The position numbers and the translations under genes were made by a program. The notes below the pieces were generated by a model. That model was not told the origin of the DNA. It worked only from the letters and a program-made list of their open reading frames with translations, and did not search any database. Source: Spirochaetota bacterium (GTDB taxonomy: Bacteria > Spirochaetota > UBA4802 > UBA5550). Taken from it: a stretch of 64,000 nt of DNA. The stretch is from contig JBNKTL010000015.1 of NCBI GenBank assembly GCA_050298055.1, positions 1 to 64,000 on the forward strand. Direction: 5' to 3'. Shown here in pieces: positions 39,963 to 50,267 of the stretch; within the stretch, counting starts at the first letter, position 1, and the number at the start of each line of letters is the position of its first letter.

Positions 39963-40846
39963 GTAAAGCAGGCCATTCCACGTTAAAGAGGATTTTGAGT
40001 GCCCTGGTTGCGCTCCCCGTATATATATTTTTTATTATATCAGATAGTTTTAATTCAATTACCATTATGTTGATCTCACTCCTGGTGTCCCTTATTTGTC
40101 TCTATGAGTTTTATCTGATAACTGACAGGGGTGATGAGGGGAGGTCTTTTACCAAAACGGGTATGGCAGCTGGGGCAGCAATAAATATTGCTTTTTACCT
40201 GTTTGCCTTCGGGAAGGTCTATGGGTATGGAAGGTATATGGGAATTTTTGATGCCAGGGTGATCACTGCCCTTATCTTTCTTTTTCTGGCTGTCATTCTT
40301 GTTCTCCAGGTCTTTACCCGTTCAATACGCGGTGGGATCTATTCCGTATCCATAACTTTCTTCGGTGTGCTCTATATTGTCCTTTCATTTTCTCATATAA
40401 TACTTGTCAAGGCCCTGGCAAACGGCGTCTTTTACCTTTTGTTTCATAATTTAATAATAATGTTCAATGATATCGGGGCATATTTCGGCGGGATTTTTCT
40501 GGGGAAGCACAAGACGGGTTTCCCCGTATCACCAAATAAATCGTGGGAAGGGTACTTTTCCGGTCTTCTCTTTAGCATTGTTTTTTCACTGGTTATAAAT
40601 GAATTTTATATATCCTTTTTCAGCAGGGAGCTTTTCACTACCCTGGAAGCAGCGGTAATCGGCATAGTTCTGAGCGTACTTGGAAATATCGGAGACCTGG
40701 TTGAGTCTGCCATAAAGAGGGACAGCTCCATAAAGGATTCAGGATCGATCATTCCCGGTCACGGTGGCATGTGGGATGTTTTTGATGCCATTATCTTTTC
40801 AATCCCGGCTTTTTATTACTATCTGCTTTTAATAGGTGTTCCGTAA
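39959..40846 (+). CDS. cdsA: Phosphatidate cytidylyltransferase
   Basis: SPNKSWEG, GDLVESAIKR...IKDSG.IIPGHGG.WD.FD. Confidence 0.96.
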   Translation: MSKAGHSTLKRILSALVALPVYIFFIISDSFNSITIMLISLLVSLICLYEFYLITDRGDEGRSFTKTGMAAGAAINIAFYLFAFGKVYGYGRYMGIFDARVITALIFLFLAVILVLQVFTRSIRGGIYSVSITFFGVLYIVLSFSHIILVKALANGVFYLLFHNLIIMFNDIGAYFGGIFLGKHKTGFPVSPNKSWEGYFSGLLFSIVFSLVINEFYISFFSRELFTTLEAAVIGIVLSVLGNIGDLVESAIKRDSSIKDSGSIIPGHGGMWDVFDAIIFSIPAFYYYLLLIGVP

Positions 40847-40849
40847 AAT

Positions 40850-42016
40850 ATGTTGAAAACCGTAACAATTCTCGGATCTACCGGCTCTATCGGTGTATCG
40901 ACCCTGAGAGTGGTAAAATTCCTGAATGATGAGTACACAGTTTACGGTCTCACTTGCCAGAAGAATATTACTCTCCTGGAAGCCCAGATCAGGGAATTTC
41001 ATCCGAAGGCGGTGGCTGTTGAGTCAACTGAAATTGTAACATCGGATGAGTATGGGAAACTAAAGAAGAAGTATACGGAAGTAGAATTTCTTGACGGTGA
41101 AGATGGAGTGATGGAACTTGCCGGCAGGCAGGTTGATCTTCTTGTTTCCGCAATTGTGGGAGCTGCCGGGTTAAAGCCCACCCTGAATGCGGTTGGAAGG
41201 TGTAAAAGAATAGCCCTGGCAAATAAGGAAACCCTTGTAATGGCGGGGGATATTTTTACGGGAAGAATAAGCAGTGAAAAAAAAGAACTTATACCTGTAG
41301 ACAGCGAACACAGTGCTATATTTTCACTTCTTGACAATGTTAAGAACAGCTATGTTGAAAGGATTATACTTACAGCATCAGGGGGAAGTTTAAGAAATCT
41401 TCCGATTGAGAAGATGGATGAGGTAACACCTGAAATGGCCCTGGACCACCCAACCTGGAATATGGGGAACAAGATAACCATCGATTCCGCGACGCTGATG
41501 AATAAGGGGCTTGAAGTCATTGAAGCTCACTACTTATTTGGCTTTGAATACGAAAAGATCGATGTGCTGATCCACCCTGAAAGTATTGTTCATTCGATGA
41601 TTGAACTTGTCGATGGAGCGCTCCATGCGCATATGGGGGTGGCTGATATGGCCCTTCCCATACTCAACGCCATGAAGTATCCTGAGAAAGTCAGGAATGA
41701 ATTTGGAAGGCTGAAGCTTGAGGAGATTGGGAGTCTGCACTTTGCTGTATACGACAGGAAACGATATCCTTCACTGGAACTCTGCTACAATGCGGGGAAA
41801 GAGGGAGGGACCATGCCTGCGGTGCTGAATGCCGCCAACGAGGTTGCCGTAGATGCGTTTTTAAGTAAGAAGATAAGATTTACTGACATAGTCAGGGTTG
41901 TTGACAGGACCATGGAGAAACTGTCAAACATAAATGATCCGGATATAGATGATATTATTACTCGTGATTCTGAATCCAGAGAAATATCTAATAGTATAAT
42001 TGAAGAGGTAATGTAA
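40850..42016 (+). CDS. dxr: 1-deoxy-D-xylulose-5-phosphate reductoisomerase
   Basis: ILGSTGSIG, LANKETLV, PVDSEHSA, HPTWNMG.KITIDSATLMNKGLE. Confidence 0.98.
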   Translation: MLKTVTILGSTGSIGVSTLRVVKFLNDEYTVYGLTCQKNITLLEAQIREFHPKAVAVESTEIVTSDEYGKLKKKYTEVEFLDGEDGVMELAGRQVDLLVSAIVGAAGLKPTLNAVGRCKRIALANKETLVMAGDIFTGRISSEKKELIPVDSEHSAIFSLLDNVKNSYVERIILTASGGSLRNLPIEKMDEVTPEMALDHPTWNMGNKITIDSATLMNKGLEVIEAHYLFGFEYEKIDVLIHPESIVHSMIELVDGALHAHMGVADMALPILNAMKYPEKVRNEFGRLKLEEIGSLHFAVYDRKRYPSLELCYNAGKEGGTMPAVLNAANEVAVDAFLSKKIRFTDIVRVVDRTMEKLSNINDPDIDDIITRDSESREISNSIIEEVM

Positions 42017-43549
42017 ATGATGCCATTGACTTATATTTTTGCGGCCCTTATCCTTCTCGGGCTCTGTATTTTTGTTCATGAACTGGGGCACCTCCTGGGG
42101 GGTATGCTTGTAGGGATAAAGGCCAGGGTCTTTTCCATGGGATACGGGAAAGGATTTATCAAGAAAAAGATAGGGGATACAACCTACCAGGTAACACTCA
42201 TTCCCATTGGCGGATACTGCCAGTTTTACGGTGATGAGCCGGGCGAAGAGAGAGAGGGGAAAGAGTATGAATTCCTCAGTGCCGCCCCCTGGAAAAGAAT
42301 TGTTACCGTGGCAATGGGGCCCATTTTCAACCTTATTTTTGGAATACTTCTTTTCTTTATGATGAATCTTATCGGTTACAAGACAGAAACCAACAGGATC
42401 ATCATCCCCGAGGAACTGAAATCGGGAGAGTCTGTTTCTGCCGCGCATAAAGCTAAAATGAAAAGCGGTGACAGGATAGTCCGGATTAATCACAAGAAGA
42501 TAGTCAGCTTCAGCGATATCCAGAGCAAGGTGATCTTTTCCGAGGGGAAGACACTCTCTGTAACAGTAGAGAGGGCCGGGAAAAAAATTGATCTAAACGT
42601 TACACCTCAGACTTCGGGGAAATCCACCAGGTATTCCATCGGAGTTATTCCTTATGGAGATAAAGTCATGCTGGGCGGCGTTGTCGAAGGCGACGTGGCA
42701 GAGAAAGCCGGTTTGAGGCAGCTTGATGAAGTCATCAGCATTGACGGGAAAAAAATCAGCAGTGGAGCGGAATTCACGGATTATATTAAGAAGAAGGCGA
42801 ACAGGGAAGTAACATTAAAAATCGTACGTAAAGATAAAGAGAGTGACATAAAACTCATTCCGAGAAGTAACGAAGTGATTACAATGGACGGGAAGGTCAT
42901 GTTTGACATGGCCATGGTCAAAAAAGGCATCGCAAAGAAAACCCTTAAACTCAATGGTGTGCCTGTTATTGATGCCGATGTATTCAAGAAGGCTCTTTCT
43001 GACAGCAGGAGGAAGAGTGTGGAAATAGAATACAGTGACAGTAAAATAAAGGGCATTCCGGGAATAGAGAGCAGGGGATTTATGGGAGTCTACCCTGTTG
43101 TTTCACCGGAAATGGTTGACGTCAGGTATGGGCCGGGTGAAGGACTTGTTCAGGCCTTTGTTGAGCCCTATGAGTTTATTGTTCTCAACCTCAAGGGAAT
43201 CGGGATGCTCTTTTCCGGCAAAGTAAATGTCAGGGAAAATCTCTCAGGTCCCATCAGGATCGCGAAGATTGCGGGAGACGTCGCGTACTACAAGGGTGTT
43301 TCTGCCTTCATAATCCTCATGGCAAAGATATCAATTATCCTCATGGTAATGAATTTTCTTCCCATCCCGGTTGTTGACGGCGGACACCTCGTATTCTATA
43401 CGATTGAAGCCCTGAGAGGAAAACCGTTAAATGAAAAACTCATGGAGCGAATTCAGACAGTGGGAGTCATTGTCCTCATAATGCTCGGAGTGTTTGTCAT
43501 AATAAATGATATAATAATGCTTCCCATATTTCAGAAGCTCTTTAACTGA
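42017..43549 (+). CDS. rseP: RIP metalloprotease RseP
   Basis: HELGH, two PDZ domains, NFLPIPVVDGGH. Confidence 0.95.
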   Translation: MMPLTYIFAALILLGLCIFVHELGHLLGGMLVGIKARVFSMGYGKGFIKKKIGDTTYQVTLIPIGGYCQFYGDEPGEEREGKEYEFLSAAPWKRIVTVAMGPIFNLIFGILLFFMMNLIGYKTETNRIIIPEELKSGESVSAAHKAKMKSGDRIVRINHKKIVSFSDIQSKVIFSEGKTLSVTVERAGKKIDLNVTPQTSGKSTRYSIGVIPYGDKVMLGGVVEGDVAEKAGLRQLDEVISIDGKKISSGAEFTDYIKKKANREVTLKIVRKDKESDIKLIPRSNEVITMDGKVMFDMAMVKKGIAKKTLKLNGVPVIDADVFKKALSDSRRKSVEIEYSDSKIKGIPGIESRGFMGVYPVVSPEMVDVRYGPGEGLVQAFVEPYEFIVLNLKGIGMLFSGKVNVRENLSGPIRIAKIAGDVAYYKGVSAFIILMAKISIILMVMNFLPIPVVDGGHLVFYTIEALRGKPLNEKLMERIQTVGVIVLIMLGVFVIINDIIMLPIFQKLFN

Positions 43550-43574
43550 CAGAAGCGCTCTCTGAAAAAGATTA

Positions 43575-44744
43575 TTAATTGCAGTGAGGGTGGTTGAGGG
43601 GCAGTGTAACAGAAAAGGTTGTGCCGAAATTTTCATCTGAAGAGAACGTGATCTCTCCTTCAAGATATTTTTCTGTTAAGAGCTTCATGCTGTAGGTCCC
43701 CAGACCCCGTCCGGCTCCCTTGGTGGAAAAGGATCTCTGAAAAATCTGTGATTTTGCTTCTTCAGACATATGTCCGGGATTGTGGACATGAAACTCTATG
43801 TCAGTTTCAGTGAACATGTATCCAATTGTTACGGTGTCGCCTTTCCTGCTTGCTTCAAGTGCGTTTTTGAGAATATTTATCAGCACTCTCATTAAAAGCC
43901 TTTTATCGGTAGAGAGAATACAGGTCTCTTCCGGGTTTTTCAGTTGGATGGTTTTTCCCAGGGCGGAATAATGCTTTTCAAGATTGTGGATGGCATCTTC
44001 AACAAGATCGGAAACCATGAATTTTTTGCATTCCAGTCTCAGATCATTACTTTCGGCGGAAGTAAGTATTCTCTGTGCATTGATCTCTTCCAGAAGCGAA
44101 TCGCTGCAGGTTTTAAGAAGCGGCAGGGAACTGTGGGTAATTTCCGGATTGTCACTATCAAGAAGAAAGTCAACATGGCCCTTTAGCCCGAAGGCTGTGT
44201 TTGTCACGTCATGGAAGAATATTCTTTCAAGAGCACGGCGGCGTTTCCGGTCGCTGATATCCTGAATGGTAAGCATATAATACCAGTTTTCCTGATGCCT
44301 GAAAGGTTTGGATGTAACCTGGATATCAAAGTGAACGGTCTCTCCGTTTAATTCGGAAGTGATTCGTGACTCACCGGTTACCTCTTCTTTTGTTCTCTGG
44401 CTTTTCAATATTATGTTTACCGTGCCGCAAAAACTGCATTCATGTGAAGTTCCGCATCCGGCCTCCATTACTTCAGAATGGATACAATGCAAAACCTCGC
44501 CGGGGCGCATACCAATTATGTCGTTTAATCTTTTAATTCCAAGTTGATGTATCAGCGTTTTGTTTGAATAGACAATCTGTCTTTCCTCGTTCAGAATCAT
44601 GATAATTACAGGAACGGAATTAAAGACCTCTTTTAAAAGGGCCGCATGTGTAAAACTCTGATATTGTCCATTAATTTCCCTTGATTGCAGCCTTTCCGGA
44701 GGGGCAAATTCAGTTATGAGCATTGTGTTCTTTTCCATTTTCAT
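43575..44744 (-). CDS. PAS-domain sensor histidine kinase
   Basis: RPGE.L.C.H..GCG...C..C PAS-like region; FFHDV.N H-box; N..KNALEAS, FSTKG.GRGLGTY. Confidence 0.9.
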   Translation of the reverse strand: MKMEKNTMLITEFAPPERLQSREINGQYQSFTHAALLKEVFNSVPVIIMILNEERQIVYSNKTLIHQLGIKRLNDIIGMRPGEVLHCIHSEVMEAGCGTSHECSFCGTVNIILKSQRTKEEVTGESRITSELNGETVHFDIQVTSKPFRHQENWYYMLTIQDISDRKRRRALERIFFHDVTNTAFGLKGHVDFLLDSDNPEITHSSLPLLKTCSDSLLEEINAQRILTSAESNDLRLECKKFMVSDLVEDAIHNLEKHYSALGKTIQLKNPEETCILSTDKRLLMRVLINILKNALEASRKGDTVTIGYMFTETDIEFHVHNPGHMSEEAKSQIFQRSFSTKGAGRGLGTYSMKLLTEKYLEGEITFSSDENFGTTFSVTLPLNHPHCN

Positions 44745-45016
44745 ATAAAGAAACAGGGTGTTGACATCACATCATTGTAATTAATAAAATAATAAAAATT
44801 TTCAAAGAGTCAACAATTTTAAGGAATCTCATAAAATATTTTATTTTTATGTTTCACCGGGTCACATGAGTAAAAAAGGTGTTACTACTCGGTGGGGAAA
44901 GAACAATTCATAGAGTTTATTATCTGCCTGTCCATTCTTCGCTTTAATAGTTGACTTTTTTGTATTAATATATACCAATGTTAATATTCAATACATCATT
45001 CAGAAGGAGATTATTT

Positions 45017-45517
45017 ATGTTACGAAAGATATTGGTTGTCCTTGTTTTTATTGTGTTCCTGGCTGCTGATATGACTTATGGTCATCCCGGAAGACTTGAC
45101 AGCAAGGGGGGGCACTGGGACCATAAAACAAAAACCTACCACTATCACAGGAATGGCAAGATTGTTGTTGATAGATCAAAAAAGTATCCATCTTCAATGA
45201 AATCGTCCGGAAAGACGTCAGGAAAGCAACAACAAAAGAGAGGCCAAACAGCATCAAAAAAGAAATCAAACAGGATGGGCAAAAAGGCGTCGGGAAAGCA
45301 ACAACAAAAGAGAGGCCAAACAGCATCGAAAAAGAAATCAAACAGGATGGGCAAAACGACGTCGGGAAAGCAACAACAAAAGAGAAACAAAAAGTCATCT
45401 AAAAAGAAATCAACAGAGATGAGCAAAAAGTCATCTAAGAAGAAATCAACAAAGAAGAGCAAGAAATCATCGAAAAAGAAATCATCAAAGACAAGCAAAA
45501 AAAATAATAAGAAGTAA
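45017..45517 (+). CDS. YHYH-domain exported protein with a Lys/Ser-rich repetitive tail
   Basis: Signal peptide; HPGRLD.KGGH....TYHYH; AAGGAG RBS. Confidence 0.8.
   Translation: MLRKILVVLVFIVFLAADMTYGHPGRLDSKGGHWDHKTKTYHYHRNGKIVVDRSKKYPSSMKSSGKTSGKQQQKRGQTASKKKSNRMGKKASGKQQQKRGQTASKKKSNRMGKTTSGKQQQKRNKKSSKKKSTEMSKKSSKKKSTKKSKKSSKKKSSKTSKKNNKK
45215..45385 (+). repeat. 72-bp coding tandem repeat (~2.4 copies)
   Basis: cgtc(a/g)ggaaagcaacaacaaaagag at 45216, 45288 and 45360; the 24-aa unit contains SGKQQQKRGQTASKKKSNRMGK. Confidence 0.9.
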
Positions 45518-45528
45518 AATCCAGGCAA

Positions 45529-46968
45529 TCAGTTTATGCTGCTCAGTGCAGCATAAACTGTATCATACCTGTTTTGTGCATTCCAGAAGAGATATCCTTT
45601 CCCTCCTGCATCATCGGACGCTTTAATCTGTTTAATAATATATTTACTGTTATAGTTTGAAACCTTCAGGTTAAAAGCCTGGAGCCAGGGCCTTACTGTA
45701 ATGCTGTTATTTGTAAGTTCCATGACTTTTTTGCATCCCTCGTAGATATAGTAGTAGGGGTGGTCAGCGGGATTTTCCCACTGGTCAAAATTTTCGTTAA
45801 AGTGAGAAGGATAGAGCATTGGCGATATAATATCACAGTATTTATAAAGCATGCTGATATTCTGCCCGGTTTTCACAATATCAACTTTTTTGCCCCAGGC
45901 AACAACCCCGAAGATATCTATGGAGAGCAGCGTATTTCTGGCGGATATCTCTTTATAGGCTCTTTTGAGAAAGCCTGTTATGACCCCGGTATTGCTCATC
46001 CTTCCTGCTGTGTAGCTGAAGAGGGCGTCACGGAGATTTCCCGAAGTGGGAAACCTGATGTAATCAAACTGTATTTCATCAATGCCCATTTCTGCAAGTT
46101 CAATGGCAATCTGGATATTATAGTCCTGGACCATTGTGCTTGTAGGATCACACCAGAGTTCTCGTCCGGCTTTCCACTTTCTTCCTGTTCTTTTCGATTT
46201 TATCGCAAACTCCGGATGAGACCGGTACATATGCTGATCATGGAAGACCGCCAATCTTGCAATTGTATGGATCTTCATATCTTTAAGCTTTCTGATCAGC
46301 AGCCTGATATTCCGGATGGGCCGCTTTGAATGGGACCTGTATTTCTTTACCATCTCTCCGCTGCTTCGGTAATTGACTATGCCTGTAATATCCTTTGCAT
46401 CAAAGACCACGGAGTTGATACCGAGTTTTTTAAGTTGAGAGAGTCTTTCAATTGAGTTCAGGTTCCCGGCTGTAGACCCGGTATAGTAGAGGCCCTTTAT
46501 ATGTATTATCGCAGGTTTTTCCCGGTTCCGTAAATCGAGAGTCTGGGCGGTGAGAGAATTTGGTATAATAAGTATCTTTCCTTTTTCGGCATACTTTCCC
46601 TCCAGCATATTTAATCTCTTTATGTCTCTGAGCAGCCCTGAAAGGGTATAGGAGGATGTATATTCAATAATAGCATCTGCAATAGCAGAGAGTCGGGTTT
46701 TTCCCTTTGCCCTGTAGTAGAGGAGAAAACCGGTTTGTGTAAATCCTTCGGGAATTTTCCCGTATGTGGCGGTATAGTCTCTGTACTTGCCATGGACTAT
46801 TACCGAGAGATTCCTGCCCAGGCTTTTTTCTCTTCCTGAAATTGATATTATCCTGCTGCGCAGTTTGTCACTGAAATATCGTATACTGTTTATATTATTA
46901 TAAATAATGAAGAGTAAGATAAGAATTACTGCAGCAAAGAGGGTTAACTTTCTTGTTGTAAATATCAT
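45529..46968 (-). CDS. Putative glycoside hydrolase (DUF4015-like TIM barrel)
   Basis: KGLY.T, NSVVFDAKD..G, IARLAVFHD, GIDEIQFDYIRFP, ISPMLYPSHF, VRPWLQAF, GYLFWNA.N.Y. Confidence 0.85.
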   Translation of the reverse strand: MIFTTRKLTLFAAVILILLFIIYNNINSIRYFSDKLRSRIISISGREKSLGRNLSVIVHGKYRDYTATYGKIPEGFTQTGFLLYYRAKGKTRLSAIADAIIEYTSSYTLSGLLRDIKRLNMLEGKYAEKGKILIIPNSLTAQTLDLRNREKPAIIHIKGLYYTGSTAGNLNSIERLSQLKKLGINSVVFDAKDITGIVNYRSSGEMVKKYRSHSKRPIRNIRLLIRKLKDMKIHTIARLAVFHDQHMYRSHPEFAIKSKRTGRKWKAGRELWCDPTSTMVQDYNIQIAIELAEMGIDEIQFDYIRFPTSGNLRDALFSYTAGRMSNTGVITGFLKRAYKEISARNTLLSIDIFGVVAWGKKVDIVKTGQNISMLYKYCDIISPMLYPSHFNENFDQWENPADHPYYYIYEGCKKVMELTNNSITVRPWLQAFNLKVSNYNSKYIIKQIKASDDAGGKGYLFWNAQNRYDTVYAALSSIN

Positions 46969-47042
46969 TTTAATCTGGTTTTTATTTTTAATAATTTGAA
47001 TGACATATATTCAAATAGGGGTTTTCAGTAAATAAAATTTTT

Positions 47043-47182
47043 TAACTACTCAACTGTATGGATAAAAAATATACTTAGTCATGAAAATATTATCAGATAT
47101 GTCCCCGCCGCGGTCGGCAGCGGAGACTTATCTGTTATGTTTTTTCATTAAAATTTATTTTATATATAATGCTGAGTAGCTG
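47043..47182. repeat. MITE/REPIN-like element copy 1
   Basis: taactactca...ctgagtagct ends; degenerate central hairpin at 47094-47134. Confidence 0.7.
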
Positions 47183-47259
47183 CAAATTTTTATTGATAAT
47201 ATTAAATGTTATAATATTATCGGTGTTTCCAAAGAGAGATCCAGAGAAAGATTTATTGT

Positions 47260-48057
47260 ATGAATTTAGAGCAGGTAAATATAGCAGGGAAGGTTGGCCG
47301 GGGAGCGATCAACTACTGGAATGGAGTGATAAACTTCAGGGATTTTGTTATTTCAATTATTGTTTCCTTTAAATCCTTACGGTATCTCAGGTTCAGATCA
47401 ATATATGACATCATAATCAACCAGACCCGTTTTACCGGTATCCATGCACTCCCCTTTGTTGTTTTCATTGCGCTTCTTATCGGGGGTACTGTCATCATTC
47501 AATCCATGACACAGTTTCCAAAGTTCGGTATTGAAGGATTTATCGGTAATCTTCTTGTTATTATTATCGTGAGGGAAATGGGACCGCTTGCCACCGCATT
47601 AATAGTTATCAGCAGATCAGGTTCTGCAATTACCGCAGAGATTGCCACTCAGAAGCAGAACAGGGAGATCCTTTCACTGGAAATCATGGGTATTGACACC
47701 AAGCTCTATATTGTCTTTCCGAGGATTGTTGCTTCAATTATCTCGATTTTTTCATTGATGGTAATATTCGATATTGTCGCATTTTTAGGCGGATATATTA
47801 TCTCGCTTTTGACGATTTTCATTCCGGTTGATATATTTGCCCAGACGATCCTGGATGCTTTCAGTGCCGTGGACCTGATATCAACACTTCTGAAAAGCCT
47901 TATCTATGGAACCCTTATCCCTCTGATATGCTGTTATTACGGCTTTAAACCTAAATCAAAATTTGAGGTCCCAATATATGTTTCCCGGGCTGTTATCAGG
48001 ACCCTGTCGATCATCTTTATCACAAATGCGTTGATTTCTGTGGTATTTTACCTCTAG
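47260..48057 (+). CDS. mlaE: MlaE family ABC transporter permease
   Basis: REMGPL.TALIV..RSGSAITAEI, L..MGID...Y.V.PRI. Confidence 0.9.
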   Translation: MNLEQVNIAGKVGRGAINYWNGVINFRDFVISIIVSFKSLRYLRFRSIYDIIINQTRFTGIHALPFVVFIALLIGGTVIIQSMTQFPKFGIEGFIGNLLVIIIVREMGPLATALIVISRSGSAITAEIATQKQNREILSLEIMGIDTKLYIVFPRIVASIISIFSLMVIFDIVAFLGGYIISLLTIFIPVDIFAQTILDAFSAVDLISTLLKSLIYGTLIPLICCYYGFKPKSKFEVPIYVSRAVIRTLSIIFITNALISVVFYL

Positions 48058-48078
48058 ATAAAGAATAGATGTTTAATA

Positions 48079-48837
48079 ATGAATGAACACCTTTTAGAGA
48101 TTGAAAACCTTACCTATCATTCACCTGATGGAGATTCGCTTTTTAATATATCCTTTGTGGTTGAAAAGGGTGAGAATATTGTTTTCTTCGGGCCTGAAAA
48201 ATCGGGTCTGGATCTCATATGTACTCTCATCATAGGTTTTGAAACCGGTTATGAAGGTGATATCCTTTACAGGGGCAGGTCAGTTAAGGAGCTTGATTAC
48301 ATCGAAAGCATGAACTACAGGAAGGATATGGGGTTTCTTCATCCTGACCATGGATTAATAGCGAATATGTCAGTAGAACAGAATATATCTCTGCCGCTGG
48401 AATATCATTCAAAATTAAACAGGGATGAAATCAAGAAATATGTTGATTTTCTTATCGATGAACTCAATCTTGATCACTGTAAAAAATTTCGTCCTGTTGA
48501 TCTGTCAAATTCAGAGATCCTCAGAACATCATACGGAAGGGCAATTGCCCTGGACCCTGATATGCTGATCCTTGAACATGCTTTCGAAAACCAGTCACCA
48601 TTGAATATCCAGTCATTCATAAAAAATTTGAAAAAGAGGATTGATTCCAGAGAAAAATCTGTAATTTTTGTCACTTATGAACCTGAAAAATTTGTTGATT
48701 ATGCGGAAAAGTTTGTTATGTTCTTTAACGGGAGGATAGTTTTCCGGGGAAGCAGTTACGATTTTCTCCATTCCGATAACAGTTATTTGAAACAGTATAT
48801 AGAAATGAGCAATTGCGGCCCAATGACTATTCTTTAA
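48079..48837 (+). CDS. MlaF-like ABC ATP-binding protein with degenerate motifs
   Basis: ABC fold and position between mlaE and mlaD; Walker A GPEKSGLD, signature LSNSE, Walker B MLILEH. Confidence 0.8.
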   Translation: MNEHLLEIENLTYHSPDGDSLFNISFVVEKGENIVFFGPEKSGLDLICTLIIGFETGYEGDILYRGRSVKELDYIESMNYRKDMGFLHPDHGLIANMSVEQNISLPLEYHSKLNRDEIKKYVDFLIDELNLDHCKKFRPVDLSNSEILRTSYGRAIALDPDMLILEHAFENQSPLNIQSFIKNLKKRIDSREKSVIFVTYEPEKFVDYAEKFVMFFNGRIVFRGSSYDFLHSDNSYLKQYIEMSNCGPMTIL

Positions 48838-48858
48838 AACCGGTTGATTGAGGATATT

Positions 48859-49545
48859 ATGGCAAAATTCAAAAAAAATGAAATCAGAGTCGGTTTATTT
48901 CTGCTTGTTCCCATTGTCATACTCATGATTGTCATATCATTGAAGCTGGGTTATTCAGTGGCAAGTTCGACTATTGATGTATATCTGAAAATTGACAGCC
49001 TGACTTCAGTAAAGAAGGGAACGCTGGTTAAACTGAAGGGCTATACAATCGGAAGAGTTGTGGAACTCACCCCTGTTTATACTCCCGCCCTGCACTTTCT
49101 GGCCACAATGAGAATTGAAAGAAGTATCAGGCTTTCTGAAAATTGCTCAGCTGTGATTCAGAACCAGAATGTTATCGGAGACCCTTCCATTGATATGAAA
49201 AATCCGGAAGTGGAAGGCGGGCCCTTGCAGAATGGTGATGTTATCGAGGGTATTGAATATGTTAACCTGGAGGCAATTCTTCAGGATGCGCATATACTCC
49301 TGACCACTCTTTCAAATACGGTAAATATCGTGAAACAGATTTCACTGGACAGCCGGCACAATCTCCGTGTCATGCTTTCTAATCTTTCATCAAGTATAAG
49401 CAGTATTAACAAGATCCTTGACAATTCACAGAAGGATATTGTTGAATTTATGTCCGCTTTCAGGGAAACAGCTATTACCATGAAGGAAATTTCAAAAGAA
49501 CTTAAGAAGAGCCCTATGAAATTCCTGCTGAAGGGCAGGGATTAA
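48859..49545 (+). CDS. mlaD: MlaD/MCE family protein
   Basis: E.RVGLF TM segment, GT.VKLKG..IG.V MCE core, helical tail ending L...P..FL. Confidence 0.85.
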   Translation: MAKFKKNEIRVGLFLLVPIVILMIVISLKLGYSVASSTIDVYLKIDSLTSVKKGTLVKLKGYTIGRVVELTPVYTPALHFLATMRIERSIRLSENCSAVIQNQNVIGDPSIDMKNPEVEGGPLQNGDVIEGIEYVNLEAILQDAHILLTTLSNTVNIVKQISLDSRHNLRVMLSNLSSSISSINKILDNSQKDIVEFMSAFRETAITMKEISKELKKSPMKFLLKGRD

Positions 49546-49575
49546 ACGAGGGAAAGGGGGTTATTGAAGGTCCTC

Positions 49576-49923
49576 TTATTTAGCAGCTGCCTGATACTGT
49601 TTGTCCCATTTCCAGTAGACCTTGTCACATTCAGGCATTATCTTGTCTGCGAACTCCACGAGCTTGGCCCTTTTAATAGTATTGATAACGACTTCCTTTA
49701 CGAATTTGTTTCTCTCATCCCTTGAATTGCTCATGACTTTGCTGAAGACCGTGTTTCTCTTTTCAAGAGCATCAATAAGTGCCTGTGTTGTGAAGACCCT
49801 GATTGAACCACGGGGATTTTTTATAACATCCTCTATCATTGATGTGAGCATGGACATAAGGATTTCCTGGTCATCACTTCCCTTGAGCATTTTTTTGTTT
49901 TGGAGAGCCTGGCTGTTTTTCAT
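49576..49923 (-). CDS. Hypothetical protein (115 aa)
   Basis: Clean ORF convergent with mlaD. Confidence 0.6.
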   Translation of the reverse strand: MKNSQALQNKKMLKGSDDQEILMSMLTSMIEDVIKNPRGSIRVFTTQALIDALEKRNTVFSKVMSNSRDERNKFVKEVVINTIKRAKLVEFADKIMPECDKVYWKWDKQYQAAAK

Positions 49924-50112
49924 CTTTTTTACCTTTACGATAATTCCTTAATTTTATTCCTCTCAGGGAATGTGAAATAAGATCCTTGAGATTATAATAA
50001 TTAAAGATAATGACTTCGTTCCGGTCTGTCAAAATAAAGTTGAATATATTGTTTGAAGAAAAACCTGTATAAACAAAAGTACTCTTGGCATGTTAATTAA
50101 TACATAAAAGTT

Positions 50113-50249
50113 TATTACTCAGTTATGTATAAGAATAATAATATTTAACAAAAAATATAACTGGTATGTCCCCGCCGCCGAAGGCGGCGGGGACATACTG
50201 TTGATGTTATTAGCAACTATGAGATTTTATTCATATAGCTGAGTAGTTA
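50113..50249. repeat. MITE/REPIN-like element copy 2
   Basis: ttactcagttatg...catatagctgagtagtta; perfect hairpin gtatgtccccgccgcc-gaa-ggcggcggggacatac at 50164-50198. Confidence 0.8.
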
Positions 50250-50267
50250 GCATTAAAGTTAAATTTA

